57,376 bases of DNA, from positions 1-57,376 of the forward strand of contig JBHIAC010000006.1 in the NCBI GenBank assembly GCA_046758365.1, given 5' to 3'. Positions 1 to 9,054 of this stretch are shown here, piece after piece. Under the pieces are notes generated by a model that made no database searches, had not been told where the DNA came from, and saw only the letters and a list, made by a program, of their open reading frames with translations. Each line of letters starts with the position of its first letter. Position 1 is the first letter of the stretch. Source of the DNA: a bacterium (GTDB taxonomy: Bacteria; Zhuqueibacterota; Zhuqueibacteria; Oceanimicrobiales; Oceanimicrobiaceae). The translations under genes and the position numbers were made by a program.

Positions 1-80
1 TCAGATAGAACACACTCTACAATCTCTAAAAAAACCTCACGATCGGTAGAGCCATCTGCAACAATTCCTATAAAATCCAC
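1..80 (-). CDS. possible 5' end of a TOPRIM/DUF4276-like gene running off the window
   Basis: Minus-strand frame from GTG at 80 reads VDFIGIVADGSTDREVFLEIVECVLS, resembling the 'hhhhEGxTD' TOPRIM-like N-terminal motif; only 26 codons are visible. Confidence 0.3.
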   Translation of the reverse strand, partial: MDFIGIVADGSTDREVFLEIVECVLS

Positions 81-248
81 ATGAATTAAATTTCCAATAG
101 AAAATATCGATATAAATATATACGAATTATAATCCTTGATATTCTTTAAAATAATCGCTATTTTGGATTTAAAATGAACACTAGAAAACAACTCATAATT
201 TTTTTTCGTATTATTAATTAGATTTAACCTAAGGAGAGTGTATCAATT

Positions 249-2351
249 ATGATTAATTACATTCGACAATATTTAATCATATGGAGAAGGCTGTCACTGT
301 TTATTGCTATTTTATTAATATTACAGGTTTCTACCTTAAACCTATTTCCAGCGGATTCGCTGGCACCAAACAAGTACCATCCCATAGTTGGAAAAGTGTT
401 GGCCAAATTGCTTCCTAAATATCATTATAATCACCTAAGCATAGATGACTCAGTTTCGACAAAACTCCTGAACTTTTATTTACAGAGATTAGATCGAAAC
501 CATTTATTTTTCCTGGCCTCTGATATCGCAGAGTTCAATAAATACCGTTATGTACTAGATGATGCTCTTTTCTCTGGTAAATTAGAACCAGCTTATATAA
601 TTTTTAACACGCTCGATAAACGAGTAGATCAAAGAGTTGAATATGTTAATAGACGTTTGGAAAAAGAGTTTGATTTTACAATCAATGAATATTATGAACT
701 AGATCGGGAAGAATCAGCCTATGCAAATACTTTGGAAGAACTCAATGAAGTTTGGCGCAAAAAACTGAAGCATGAAGCGTTAAATCTAAAGTTAGCAGGC
801 AAAGACTGGCAAGGCATCCAAACCACTTTGAAAAAACGTTATTCTAATCTCCAGAAACGATATAATCAATTAAATTCGGAAGATGTTTTTCAGTCTTTTA
901 TAAATGCCCTATCTCAGACCTATGACCCTCATACAGGTTACTTATCACCCATAACTTCGGAAAATTTTGGAATCGATATGAGCCTCTCCTTTGAAGGTAT
1001 CGGTGCACAATTGACAACCGAAGATGATTTTACCAATGTTGTACGTATACTTCCAGGGGGACCGGCTGATCGCAGTAAGCAACTTTGGCCTAATGACAAG
1101 ATAATTGGCGTAGCCCAGGGTGAAGATGGACAAATGGTTGACGTGATCGGCATGCGCCTTGATGACGTGGTACAGTTGATCCGTGGGCCAAAAGGTACAA
1201 CAGTTCGTTTGGAAATTATTCCCGCTGAAAGTACCCCAGGGAGTCCTACAAAAAAGATTAGTCTCGTTCGAGATAAGATAATTCTAACTGAGAGAGAAGC
1301 GCACAGCAAAACGGTAGAACTTGTACATGAAGGTCGAAAATATAAAATGGGAATTATCACCATTCCAACTTTCTATGCTGATCTAGCGGCACAACAAAGA
1401 GGTGAGAAAAATTATAAAAGTACCACCAGGGATGTACGTCGGTTACTCAATGATTTGAAAAAAGACCAAATTGATGGCTTAATTATAGACCTTCGACATA
1501 ATGGCGGCGGTTCGTTGCAGGAAGCAATTGAATTAACAGGGCTTTTCATTAAAGAAGGTCCCGTTGTGCAAGTACGAAATTCCTTTGGTAGTACAAAAAT
1601 AGAAAGAGACCCTGATTCGGATATTGTTTACGCAGGTCCTTTGGCAGTTCTGGTAAATCGTTATAGCGCTTCAGCCTCAGAAATTTTTAGTGCAGCGATT
1701 CAAGACTATGGTCGAGGAATCGTCATAGGTGGGAGGACTTTTGGCAAGGGTACTGTTCAAAATCTTCTTGATTTAAATAGACTTATCAAATTTAGCCAAG
1801 AAAAATTTGGCCAGCTTAAAGTAACTATTGCTAAATTCTACAGGATAACAGGCAGCACCACACAGAACCAAGGGGTAATTCCAGACATATCCTTTCCATC
1901 CCTCTATAATGTAATGGATTTAGGTGAGAGTTCGCGGATCAATGCCCTGCCTTGGGATGAAATAAAGCCTGCATTATTCAATACAGAGGACCAGGTCGCA
2001 AAATACCTTTCTACATTGCGTCTAAAATCCAAAAAACGCACGGCAAAAAATCCTGAATTTCAATACTTGGCAGCAGACATTGAATATTTCAAGCAAGAAA
2101 AAGCAAAAAATGTGATCTCACTGCAAGAAGCCAAACGTAGACAAGAGCGGGATAAGTTTGAAGCTAGGCGTCTTACTCGGATTAATGAAAGACGCAAAGC
2201 AAAGGGCCTCAAACCTTTGAAAAAGGGGGAAGAATTACCAAAAGATGAAGAAACACCCGATGCTGTGCTAGATGAAAGCACCCATATTTTAGCCGATCTC
2301 ATCTCGCTTTCAAGAGGGACGGAAACTACTCAAATTAAAATAGAAAAATAA
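249..2351 (+). CDS. prc: carboxy-terminal processing protease (S41A, Prc/Tsp) with PDZ domain
   Basis: Signal-like N-terminus, PDZ (FEGIGA...GGPA), DLRHNGGG, catalytic SASASEIF and TFGKG, Prc-type C-terminal extension; RBS AAGGAG upstream. Confidence 0.93.
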   Translation: MINYIRQYLIIWRRLSLFIAILLILQVSTLNLFPADSLAPNKYHPIVGKVLAKLLPKYHYNHLSIDDSVSTKLLNFYLQRLDRNHLFFLASDIAEFNKYRYVLDDALFSGKLEPAYIIFNTLDKRVDQRVEYVNRRLEKEFDFTINEYYELDREESAYANTLEELNEVWRKKLKHEALNLKLAGKDWQGIQTTLKKRYSNLQKRYNQLNSEDVFQSFINALSQTYDPHTGYLSPITSENFGIDMSLSFEGIGAQLTTEDDFTNVVRILPGGPADRSKQLWPNDKIIGVAQGEDGQMVDVIGMRLDDVVQLIRGPKGTTVRLEIIPAESTPGSPTKKISLVRDKIILTEREAHSKTVELVHEGRKYKMGIITIPTFYADLAAQQRGEKNYKSTTRDVRRLLNDLKKDQIDGLIIDLRHNGGGSLQEAIELTGLFIKEGPVVQVRNSFGSTKIERDPDSDIVYAGPLAVLVNRYSASASEIFSAAIQDYGRGIVIGGRTFGKGTVQNLLDLNRLIKFSQEKFGQLKVTIAKFYRITGSTTQNQGVIPDISFPSLYNVMDLGESSRINALPWDEIKPALFNTEDQVAKYLSTLRLKSKKRTAKNPEFQYLAADIEYFKQEKAKNVISLQEAKRRQERDKFEARRLTRINERRKAKGLKPLKKGEELPKDEETPDAVLDESTHILADLISLSRGTETTQIKIEK

Positions 2352-2418
2352 CCTTGTGGATTGAGCTCAATATATTAGTAATTACTTCTGTGTATAGGAT
2401 TTGAAATAACGTTTGCTT

Positions 2419-3192
2419 CTATTCTGGCGTAATATAGGCTGTCGTAATTCCGCCATCCACCATAAAGGCGGCTCCATTGACATAAGAAGACTCATCACTC
2501 GCCAGGTAAAGAGCTGCCTTCGCAACTTCTTCAGCTTGCGCAAAGCGTCCCATAGGAATATGAACCAATCTACGCTGGCGTCGGTCTGGATCGGCCAGTA
2601 GCTTGGATAGAAGGGGCGTTTCCACGGGACCCGGACAAAGGGCATTTACACGAATATTCTGGCGCGCAAATTCCACAGCAATTTCGCGGGTCATAGAAAG
2701 CACGCCGCCTTTACTGGCTGTATAAGCAATCTGCGAGACGGCCGCGCCCATCAAAGCAACAAAGGAGGCCGTGTTGATAATAGAGCCACCGCCAGCCCGT
2801 AAGAGGGCTGGTATACCATATTTACAACCTAAAAAAATTCCCTTCAAGTTCACATTTATGACGAGATCCCAAACATCCTCGGCTGTTTCAAGCACAGAAT
2901 TATCTTTGGAGTGGAAAATGCCGGCGTTGTTAAATAGCACGTTCAACTTACCAAAAGTCGTCTCTGCAAACTCAATCATCGCCTGTACATCGGTAGGTTT
3001 TGACACATCCATACTTATAAAAGCAGCTTCCCCACCATTATTCTGGATGAGGGAAACAGTTTCCTTACCTGTTTCATCTTGAATGTCAGCAACCACTACT
3101 TTGGCACCCTCCTTGGCGAACAGTAACGCGGATTCGCGGCCAATGCCGCTGCCAGCACCAGTTATTAAAGCAACTTTTTTGACTAAACGCAT
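2419..3192 (-). CDS. short-chain dehydrogenase/reductase (SDR)
   Basis: TGAGSGIG, NNAGI, catalytic YTASK; RBS AGGAG. Confidence 0.93.
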   Translation of the reverse strand: MRLVKKVALITGAGSGIGRESALLFAKEGAKVVVADIQDETGKETVSLIQNNGGEAAFISMDVSKPTDVQAMIEFAETTFGKLNVLFNNAGIFHSKDNSVLETAEDVWDLVINVNLKGIFLGCKYGIPALLRAGGGSIINTASFVALMGAAVSQIAYTASKGGVLSMTREIAVEFARQNIRVNALCPGPVETPLLSKLLADPDRRQRRLVHIPMGRFAQAEEVAKAALYLASDESSYVNGAAFMVDGGITTAYITPE

Positions 3193-3206
3193 GATTAATC
3201 TCCTTT

Positions 3207-3243
3207 TAGTATTACCAATTAAATCTTTGTTTTTTTGGGCAAG
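3207..3243 (-). promoter_or_regulatory. regulatory module copy 1 with FadR/GntR-type box (ATTGGTAATACTA) upstream of the SDR gene
   Basis: Near-identical ~37-bp module recurs at 4033-4068 and, inverted, at 4135-4170. Confidence 0.5.
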
Positions 3244-3268
3244 AAAAAATGATTAATAATATCAATGA

Positions 3269-3991
3269 CTATAAATGACAGCTTCGATTAGAGGCAGCTT
3301 TAATTAGTGCCTGGAAAATCCGTTGATGTCTAGGGTCCTCTAATGAAAGTTCAGGATGCCACAGGACAGCCAGCAACCAAGAATGCTTTTTATGCTCCAG
3401 AGCTTCTATGACCCCGTCCGGTGCCTGAGCCACAACACGCCAGACCGGCGTAACCGTCCGTAGGCCCTGATGATGTTTGGACACCACAGACAACTCGGTT
3501 AGGCCAATGATTTTCGCCAACCGACTCTCTGGAGCAATCTGAACCAAATGCTCTGCCGCCTCACCATTTTCGCCCTGATGTAAAACTTCGAGACCAAATT
3601 CATCTGGCACATGCGCCACAAGATCACCCCCCGTGGCTACATTGAGTAGCTGTGAACCACGACAGATACCCAACACCGGTATATCTTTACGTAGCGCCTG
3701 CCGGGCGAGTGCCAATTCGAATGCATCGCGTTCGGGGTCTTCTCTTGAAATCGTTGGATGATTCGAACCACCGTATAAAGCTGGGTCAATGTCTCCCCCA
3801 CCTACAAAAATCAGGCCGTCTACAAGTTCGAGTAATTGAGAAGGGCTGGATTCGCCAGGTAGTAGTAAAATGGGAACGCCACCCGCTGTTCGCACGGCAT
3901 CCACATACTTTCTAGGTAAATAATAATTACCGGATTCATTCCGACTGTAAGTGGTAATACCAATTATTGGTAAGTTAGTTAATCTTGTCAT
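3269..3991 (-). CDS. gamma-glutamyl-gamma-aminobutyrate hydrolase family (peptidase C26, PuuD-like)
   Basis: GGGDIDP, nucleophile LGICRGSQ, HHQ, WHPE; adjacent to a GlnA-like gene. Confidence 0.9.
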   Translation of the reverse strand: MTRLTNLPIIGITTYSRNESGNYYLPRKYVDAVRTAGGVPILLLPGESSPSQLLELVDGLIFVGGGDIDPALYGGSNHPTISREDPERDAFELALARQALRKDIPVLGICRGSQLLNVATGGDLVAHVPDEFGLEVLHQGENGEAAEHLVQIAPESRLAKIIGLTELSVVSKHHQGLRTVTPVWRVVAQAPDGVIEALEHKKHSWLLAVLWHPELSLEDPRHQRIFQALIKAASNRSCHL

Positions 3992-4032
3992 TGTTTAAAT
4001 TTACATTAAAACTTAATTAAGTGTATTATCTA

Positions 4033-4068
4033 TAGTATTATCAATCAAATTTTTGTTTTTTGGGCAAA
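4033..4068 (-). promoter_or_regulatory. regulatory module copy 2 upstream of the PuuD-like gene
   Basis: tagtattatcaatcaaatttttgttttttgggcaa vs copy 1 tagtattaccaattaaatctttgtttttttgggcaa. Confidence 0.5.
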
Positions 4069-4134
4069 GAAATTATTACCAAAATGTCTCCTTATTCGAA
4101 CTAAATTTTGTTACTCCGTGATGAAAGGCGGGGC

Positions 4135-4170
4135 TTGTATAAATAACAAAGATTTTATTGGTAATACCAT
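4135..4170 (+). promoter_or_regulatory. regulatory module copy 3 (inverted) with palindromic TGGTAATACCA FadR-type box
   Basis: cttgtataaataacaaagattttattggtaatacca aligns with the reverse complement of copy 1. Confidence 0.5.
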
Positions 4171-4325
4171 AATTGGCCAAAGGCATTTTATTCCACTGAG
4201 CAGTTGACGCATTCGTACGGGTCAGAAATTGGCTTTATCGGTTGGCGGCATTTATTCGTTTGGTTTTATTAGGATTTGTGATCTCTTGTCTTATAAAAAT
4301 AATACAATTCAATGAATTTCTAGCA

Positions 4326-5717
4326 CTACGCTCGCTCAAAATACCGCGCCCGCTCCCAATTTGTTACTACCTCATCAAACTTGCGCTGCTCCGTACGGAA
4401 AAAATGCAGGTAATGTTCGATCACTTCATCGCCGAACGTCTCTCGGGCCCAGGTACTATTTTCCAATTCTGTAATGGCTTCATTTAGGGTTTGCGGCACT
4501 TGCTGGAGGTTTTGTGCTTTGTAAACATCCCCTTCAAATATGGGCGGGGGTTCAGTTTGATTTTCAATGCCGTGAAGACCAGCCGCTAAGGTAGCCGCAA
4601 AAGCCAAGTAAGGATTGGCATCCGCGCCTGGGACTCGACATTCAATACGCAGCGAGGGGCCATGCCCGACGATACGAAATCCCGCCGTACGATTGTCATA
4701 ACTCCAGGCTATCCCCGTAGGAGCAAAGGAGCCGGCAACGAATCGTTTATAGGACGTCGGGTAGGGAGCGTAAAATGGGAAGACCTCACGGATATGAGCC
4801 ATCCAACCTCCTAAAAACCAGCGAAATATCGCTGAGGCCTGGATAGGCCCAATCTGCTCTTCGCCGGGGAAGAGCGAATTAATCCCTGACTTGTCCCAAA
4901 GACTAGCGTGTAGATGCATACTCGAACCAGCGTATTGCTTATCCCATTTCGCCATGAATGTAATTGAACACCCATGCTGCAAGGCCATTTCTTTGGCTGC
5001 GTGTTTGTAAATCGAGTGCCGATCTGACATTTCAAGGAAGTCAGCGTAGCGCAAATTAATTTCCTGCTGACCCGGACCCCACTCTCCCTTAGAGAACTCT
5101 ACCGGCACTCCCGAGCACTCCATATGATGGCGGATGGCCCCTATGACAAACTCTTCCTTGGTGCCCTGCAAAATGTGATAGTCCTCAATGTATTCACCAA
5201 TCGGCTCCAAATCCATATATTTGTTAAAAGCGGCATCTTCGTAGGAATCCTTAAAGACATACAATTCCAATTCGGAGCCCCCCATGGCGATATAATCCTG
5301 GTTAGCTGCTTTTTCTATCTGTCTTCGCAGAATAGTGCGTGGGGCCACTTCCACTAACACATCTTCTTCTTCATTGTAAACATCACATAAGACAATGGCT
5401 GTTTTTTCCAACCAGGTCGCCAGACGTAATGTCTTTAAGTCCGAAATGAGGCGAAAATCACCGTAGCCCTTATCCCAACTGGTGAAAGCATACCCCGGTA
5501 CCGGATCCATTTCCATATCACAAGCCAGGAGGTAGTCACAAGCATGGATAGCTCCATCTAGCACTTCATCAACGAAAAAGCGACTGGCAATGCGCTTGCC
5601 CATCAATCGACCGTAAATATCAGGAAAGACAGTAATCACAGTTTCGATTTGCTCATCGGCTATCATTTGTTTCAAAGATTCAACATCTAATTTACCTTTA
5701 AGTTTTGATGATGACAT
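4326..5717 (-). CDS. glutamine synthetase family protein (gamma-glutamyl-amine ligase, PuuA/GlnA4-like)
   Basis: GRLMGKR, ELE, GEWGPGQQEIN, GSSMHLH, DNRT, RIECRVPGADANPY; clustered with a C26 hydrolase and an ALDH. Confidence 0.92.
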   Translation of the reverse strand: MSSSKLKGKLDVESLKQMIADEQIETVITVFPDIYGRLMGKRIASRFFVDEVLDGAIHACDYLLACDMEMDPVPGYAFTSWDKGYGDFRLISDLKTLRLATWLEKTAIVLCDVYNEEEDVLVEVAPRTILRRQIEKAANQDYIAMGGSELELYVFKDSYEDAAFNKYMDLEPIGEYIEDYHILQGTKEEFVIGAIRHHMECSGVPVEFSKGEWGPGQQEINLRYADFLEMSDRHSIYKHAAKEMALQHGCSITFMAKWDKQYAGSSMHLHASLWDKSGINSLFPGEEQIGPIQASAIFRWFLGGWMAHIREVFPFYAPYPTSYKRFVAGSFAPTGIAWSYDNRTAGFRIVGHGPSLRIECRVPGADANPYLAFAATLAAGLHGIENQTEPPPIFEGDVYKAQNLQQVPQTLNEAITELENSTWARETFGDEVIEHYLHFFRTEQRKFDEVVTNWERARYFERA

Positions 5718-5746
5718 ATTTTATCCTCCTTTGAAGCAATATCGCT

Positions 5747-7195
5747 CTACGAATCCACGTGAACAAAAACACTTTTCACTTCGGAATAATGATCCAGCAC
5801 CGCCAACCCCAGTTCCCGTCCCAGTCCGCTTTGCTTGACTCCACCAAAGGGAGCTTCCAGATGAACGCTGTGACCTGAGTTCACCGAAAGCACGCCGGTT
5901 TCCACAGCTCTGGCAACCTTCAATGCTCGCTCAAGGTCTCGCGTCCAGACCGAGCCAGAAAGACCGTAGGTGCTATTGTTAGCGATCTCGATGGCTTCCT
6001 CTTCGGTATCAAAGGGGATAGCACAGAGGACCGGGCCAAAGATTTCTTCCTGGGCGATACGCATTTCAGGGCCAACATCTGTAAATAGGGCAGGACTTAA
6101 ATAGGCACCCTGTTTCAACGGTTCCTCATCCGGTACATATCCACCGCAGGCAAGCGATGCCCCCTCGGTTTTACCTAAATCGAGGTACCCTTTCACCCGT
6201 TTTCGATGTTCCATTGAAATGAGGGGACCCATCTCGGTCTGTTCATCTAAGGGATCACCCAAGCGCACCTTTTGAAAAAGTTCAGCTAATTCGCTCAGAA
6301 ATTTATCGTAGATGGTGCGTTCCAGCAGCAGACGACTGCGGGCACAGCAGTCCTGACCGGCATTTCCCAAAACACTCCAAACGGCTGAGGGGAGGGCTTT
6401 TTCAATGTCTGCATCTGCAAAGACGATATTGGCGGATTTGCCACCCAATTCCAAGGTAACGCGTTTGATGCCATCGGCTGCTAACCGCATCACCTGAGAA
6501 CCGACTTCGGTGGAACCGGTGAAGGAGATTTTGCGCACCAGAGGATGGCGGACCAAAGCTTCCCCGGCAATGCTACCGGGGCCAGAAACTACATTCAGTA
6601 CACCCGATGGAATACCGGCTTCTAACGCTAGTTTTCCCAGACGCAGGGCCGTAAGCGGGGTTTGTGTGGCAGGCTTGACCACAATCGTGTTACCCATGGC
6701 TAAAGCCGGCGCGACTTTCCAGGAAGTAATGGCGATTGGGAAATTCCAGGGCGCAATTAGACCGCAGACGCCGATGGGTTCACGAAATGTGAAGCTGACC
6801 CCTGAGGCGGCGACAGGGATGGTTTGACCGCCTACTTTGTTGAGGGCGCCGGCGTAGTATTCAAAGCAGTCAGCAGCCAGAGCCACTTCATCGCGCGCCT
6901 CGCGAATGGGCTTGCCTACGTTTTGGCTTTCCAGACCTTCCAGTTCTTCTGCATGCTCACGAATGAGATTCGATAAACGCAAAAGAAGTCGCGTCCGTTC
7001 ACGGCTGTTTAGACGCCACCACGAGCCAGCATGAAAAGCTCTTTGTGCACTTTGCACCGCCGCGTCGATATCTTCCGAGCCGCCTTCAGCTACTTCAGCA
7101 AGAGGTTCCCCGGTAGCGGGATTGATAAGTGTTGTGGTTTGGTTTGACAGGGCTGAAACCCATTTACCGTCGATGAGAAGATTTTCATGTAACAT
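5747..7195 (-). CDS. aldehyde dehydrogenase (aminoaldehyde dehydrogenase-like)
   Basis: PWNFP, FTGSTEVG, LELGGKS, catalytic Cys in GQDCC, EEIFGP, PFGG; likely start is ATG 7195 with AAGGA upstream (ORF is open to 7282). Confidence 0.93.
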   Translation of the reverse strand: MLHENLLIDGKWVSALSNQTTTLINPATGEPLAEVAEGGSEDIDAAVQSAQRAFHAGSWWRLNSRERTRLLLRLSNLIREHAEELEGLESQNVGKPIREARDEVALAADCFEYYAGALNKVGGQTIPVAASGVSFTFREPIGVCGLIAPWNFPIAITSWKVAPALAMGNTIVVKPATQTPLTALRLGKLALEAGIPSGVLNVVSGPGSIAGEALVRHPLVRKISFTGSTEVGSQVMRLAADGIKRVTLELGGKSANIVFADADIEKALPSAVWSVLGNAGQDCCARSRLLLERTIYDKFLSELAELFQKVRLGDPLDEQTEMGPLISMEHRKRVKGYLDLGKTEGASLACGGYVPDEEPLKQGAYLSPALFTDVGPEMRIAQEEIFGPVLCAIPFDTEEEAIEIANNSTYGLSGSVWTRDLERALKVARAVETGVLSVNSGHSVHLEAPFGGVKQSGLGRELGLAVLDHYSEVKSVFVHVDS

Positions 7196-7349
7196 TGCCT
7201 TATCCTTGGCTTTAATATTGGGGTTAAAAAACATTAGTTGTTTAAGATGAAATAATATAAGATTTATTAGGGAAGGTGTCAACAGGATTTTGAGGTAAAT
7301 ATTGTGATATTAATTAATCACACTAATAAATAAATTACATTGCAACCCC

Positions 7350-7503
7350 GTCAGGGCCAATACAATTTCGCGCGACCAATCGCTTTCCAGCCGCGTCTGA
7401 TCGCGCCAGACTCTAAGCCAGCAGATTCCAGTTGATAGTGGATTTGCTTAGCAATTTTCCTATCTTTGCTAGAGTAGCTGATGAAAACACTGGGCTTTTT
7501 CAT
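7350..7503 (-). pseudogene. TIR-domain gene remnant 1 (N-terminus only, frameshifted)
   Basis: ATG 7503: MKKPSVFISYSSKDRKIAKQIHYQLESAGL, frameshift near 7412, then VWRDQTRLESDWSREIVLAL; VFISYS and VWxD are TIR hallmarks. Confidence 0.75.
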
Positions 7504-7562
7504 TCTATCATCGGAAAGTGAGAAAACCTAGACTTTCTTTTGATATTTAATTAAATGGGGAT

Positions 7563-7853
7563 TCAAGGAGAAACCCATTCTTTCGCACGCTTTTCTAATT
7601 TCTCAACATAGTGCGGCTAATCATGTAACGTGGCTGGATCAAAATCAGCACTATTTGGCCAAACCAGGGTGTGTACTTCTGGAACTATTTTGACTTGATT
7701 GAATAGATTAACATCGAGTAAGGGGCCATACATCTCGCCCTTTAGAATTGGTTTGAAATTGATCGTTTGAGTGCTACCATCCTCAAACTGAATATTTAGT
7801 GTATATGGTGCTACAACTTTTAAGGCAGTAACGCTATAGATATAGTGAATCAT
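7563..7853 (-). pseudogene. DUF2442-family protein (putative antitoxin) with premature TAG
   Basis: FEDG...LKGEMYGPL...WPNSADFDPATLHD, TAG at 7617-7619, then in-frame PHYVEKLEKRAKEWVSP* to 7563; the TAG probably replaced a Trp codon. Confidence 0.7.
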
Positions 7854-7864
7854 AACAATTTTTC

Positions 7865-7931
7865 CTATTTGAGTGGAGTAATTTTAAAAGGAGCTTTTCC
7901 TGCTTGTAATCTTTTCCAATTCAAAATATTC
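7865..7931 (-). pseudogene. C-terminal remnant of a DUF4160-family protein (usual partner of DUF2442)
   Basis: Reads NWKRLQAGKAPFKITPLK* directly upstream of DUF2442; the N-terminal part is missing. Confidence 0.6.
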
Positions 7932-8014
7932 TAATAAGTCAAGCAATGAAGATCCTTAAAGGAATAGTTGCGTTTTACTGAAAATGAATTGCTACTCCTA
8001 AGCAGCTTAAATTT

Positions 8015-8252
8015 TTATTTTTCAACAATTCCCACTAGGCCTCCCACGACCAACTTCAGTCCAACCACCACCTGGGTCAAATGCTCGTAATGAATTTTAT
8101 CCGGTGTGTCTTGTGCCGAATGATAGTAAGGGTAGCGAAAGGGCGCGGTGTCGGTCACCATTATGGCTGGATAGCCCATCCGCCAAAAGGCCCATTGATC
8201 CGACCAGCCCACACCTGGAATGATTCTTGGGAATGCCCCACCTTCCGATGGA
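8015..8252 (-). pseudogene. duplicated 3' fragment of the M28 peptidase gene
   Basis: PSEG...PRIIPGVGWSDQWAFWRMGYPAIMVTDTAPFRYPYYHSAQDTPDKIHY is nearly identical to the C-terminus of the gene at 9055-10083; ~235-bp diverged direct repeat of 9048-9286. Confidence 0.85.
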
Positions 8253-8332
8253 AGTCTCCACTCAAACATTCTCTAATGTACTTCTTTTATTTGTCAGCAG
8301 GCTGAACATGAAGTATGTTTTGTTTTTTACTT

Positions 8333-8995
8333 TCAAATCGCATCCGGCACAAACTCAAAGCGCACCAAGGCTCGCTTCGCGCAGATGGTCAGTTCAAACT
8401 CATTGATGACATCTCGCCCTAGGATGTCTTCAGTTAAGTCTTTTCGGCAATCCACCGTCGTCGTAAATTCCTGTCCGGCCAATTGCACCATAGCTAAATA
8501 AAGCATTCGCCGTTGCGGTTTCGCACCTATACCCGAGACATCCGCTTCATCCCATTGAAAATTCCATAGGCCAAGCTCATCAGCAATCCCTTCTTGAACA
8601 AGGGTCAAGTCAGCTCCGGTATCGACAATAAATTCCACATTCTTCGCCGCATTGCTTAAGGGATTAAGGACTGTGGCAGTCACCAAAGGCATGGGAGGGT
8701 CATAGATCTCGTCATAGCGACCTATAACGACTTGTCGTACAGTTTTTCGCCGCGTCATCTCTTCGTAACCGACGCGATTAATATAGCCCACTTCATTTCG
8801 CGTCCGTTTGAATGCTTCTTTTAACACATCCATTTTCTTCGCACCAGACGCCACTACTTTACCGTCAACAATAGCCACCCATTTGCCAAAATATCGCTTT
8901 AAAAGTTCATCATGCATAGTCCAATAAGCTTGTTTCTCCTGTTCAAAGCGGCTGTTAGTTGATTGAACCATGGATTGTCCTCTCGATTTGTCCAT
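8333..8995 (-). CDS. DUF5678-like domain fused to a retropepsin-like (clan AA) aspartic protease
   Basis: N-terminal LLKRYFGKWVAIVDGKVVASG; C-terminal FIVDTGAD and ILGRD motifs. Confidence 0.8.
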   Translation of the reverse strand: MDKSRGQSMVQSTNSRFEQEKQAYWTMHDELLKRYFGKWVAIVDGKVVASGAKKMDVLKEAFKRTRNEVGYINRVGYEEMTRRKTVRQVVIGRYDEIYDPPMPLVTATVLNPLSNAAKNVEFIVDTGADLTLVQEGIADELGLWNFQWDEADVSGIGAKPQRRMLYLAMVQLAGQEFTTTVDCRKDLTEDILGRDVINEFELTICAKRALVRFEFVPDAI

Positions 8996-9007
8996 ATTTC
9001 TATAACA

Positions 9008-9036
9008 AAAATAATTAGAATTATCTCAAAAGTCAA
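9008..9036 (-). promoter_or_regulatory. sigma70-type promoter for the DUF5678-protease gene
   Basis: TTGACT-N17-TATTTT on the minus strand. Confidence 0.5.
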
Positions 9037-9054
9037 GGTAAAGCAATTTATTTT

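Noticed and set aside
4326..5717. Housekeeping glutamine synthetase glnA
   Set aside because: Context with a C26 hydrolase, ALDH and SDR indicates a gamma-glutamyl-amine ligase
8015..8269. 84-aa ORF as an independent gene
   Set aside because: It is a 3' fragment of the M28 peptidase lacking most metal ligands; its start codon lies outside the homologous region
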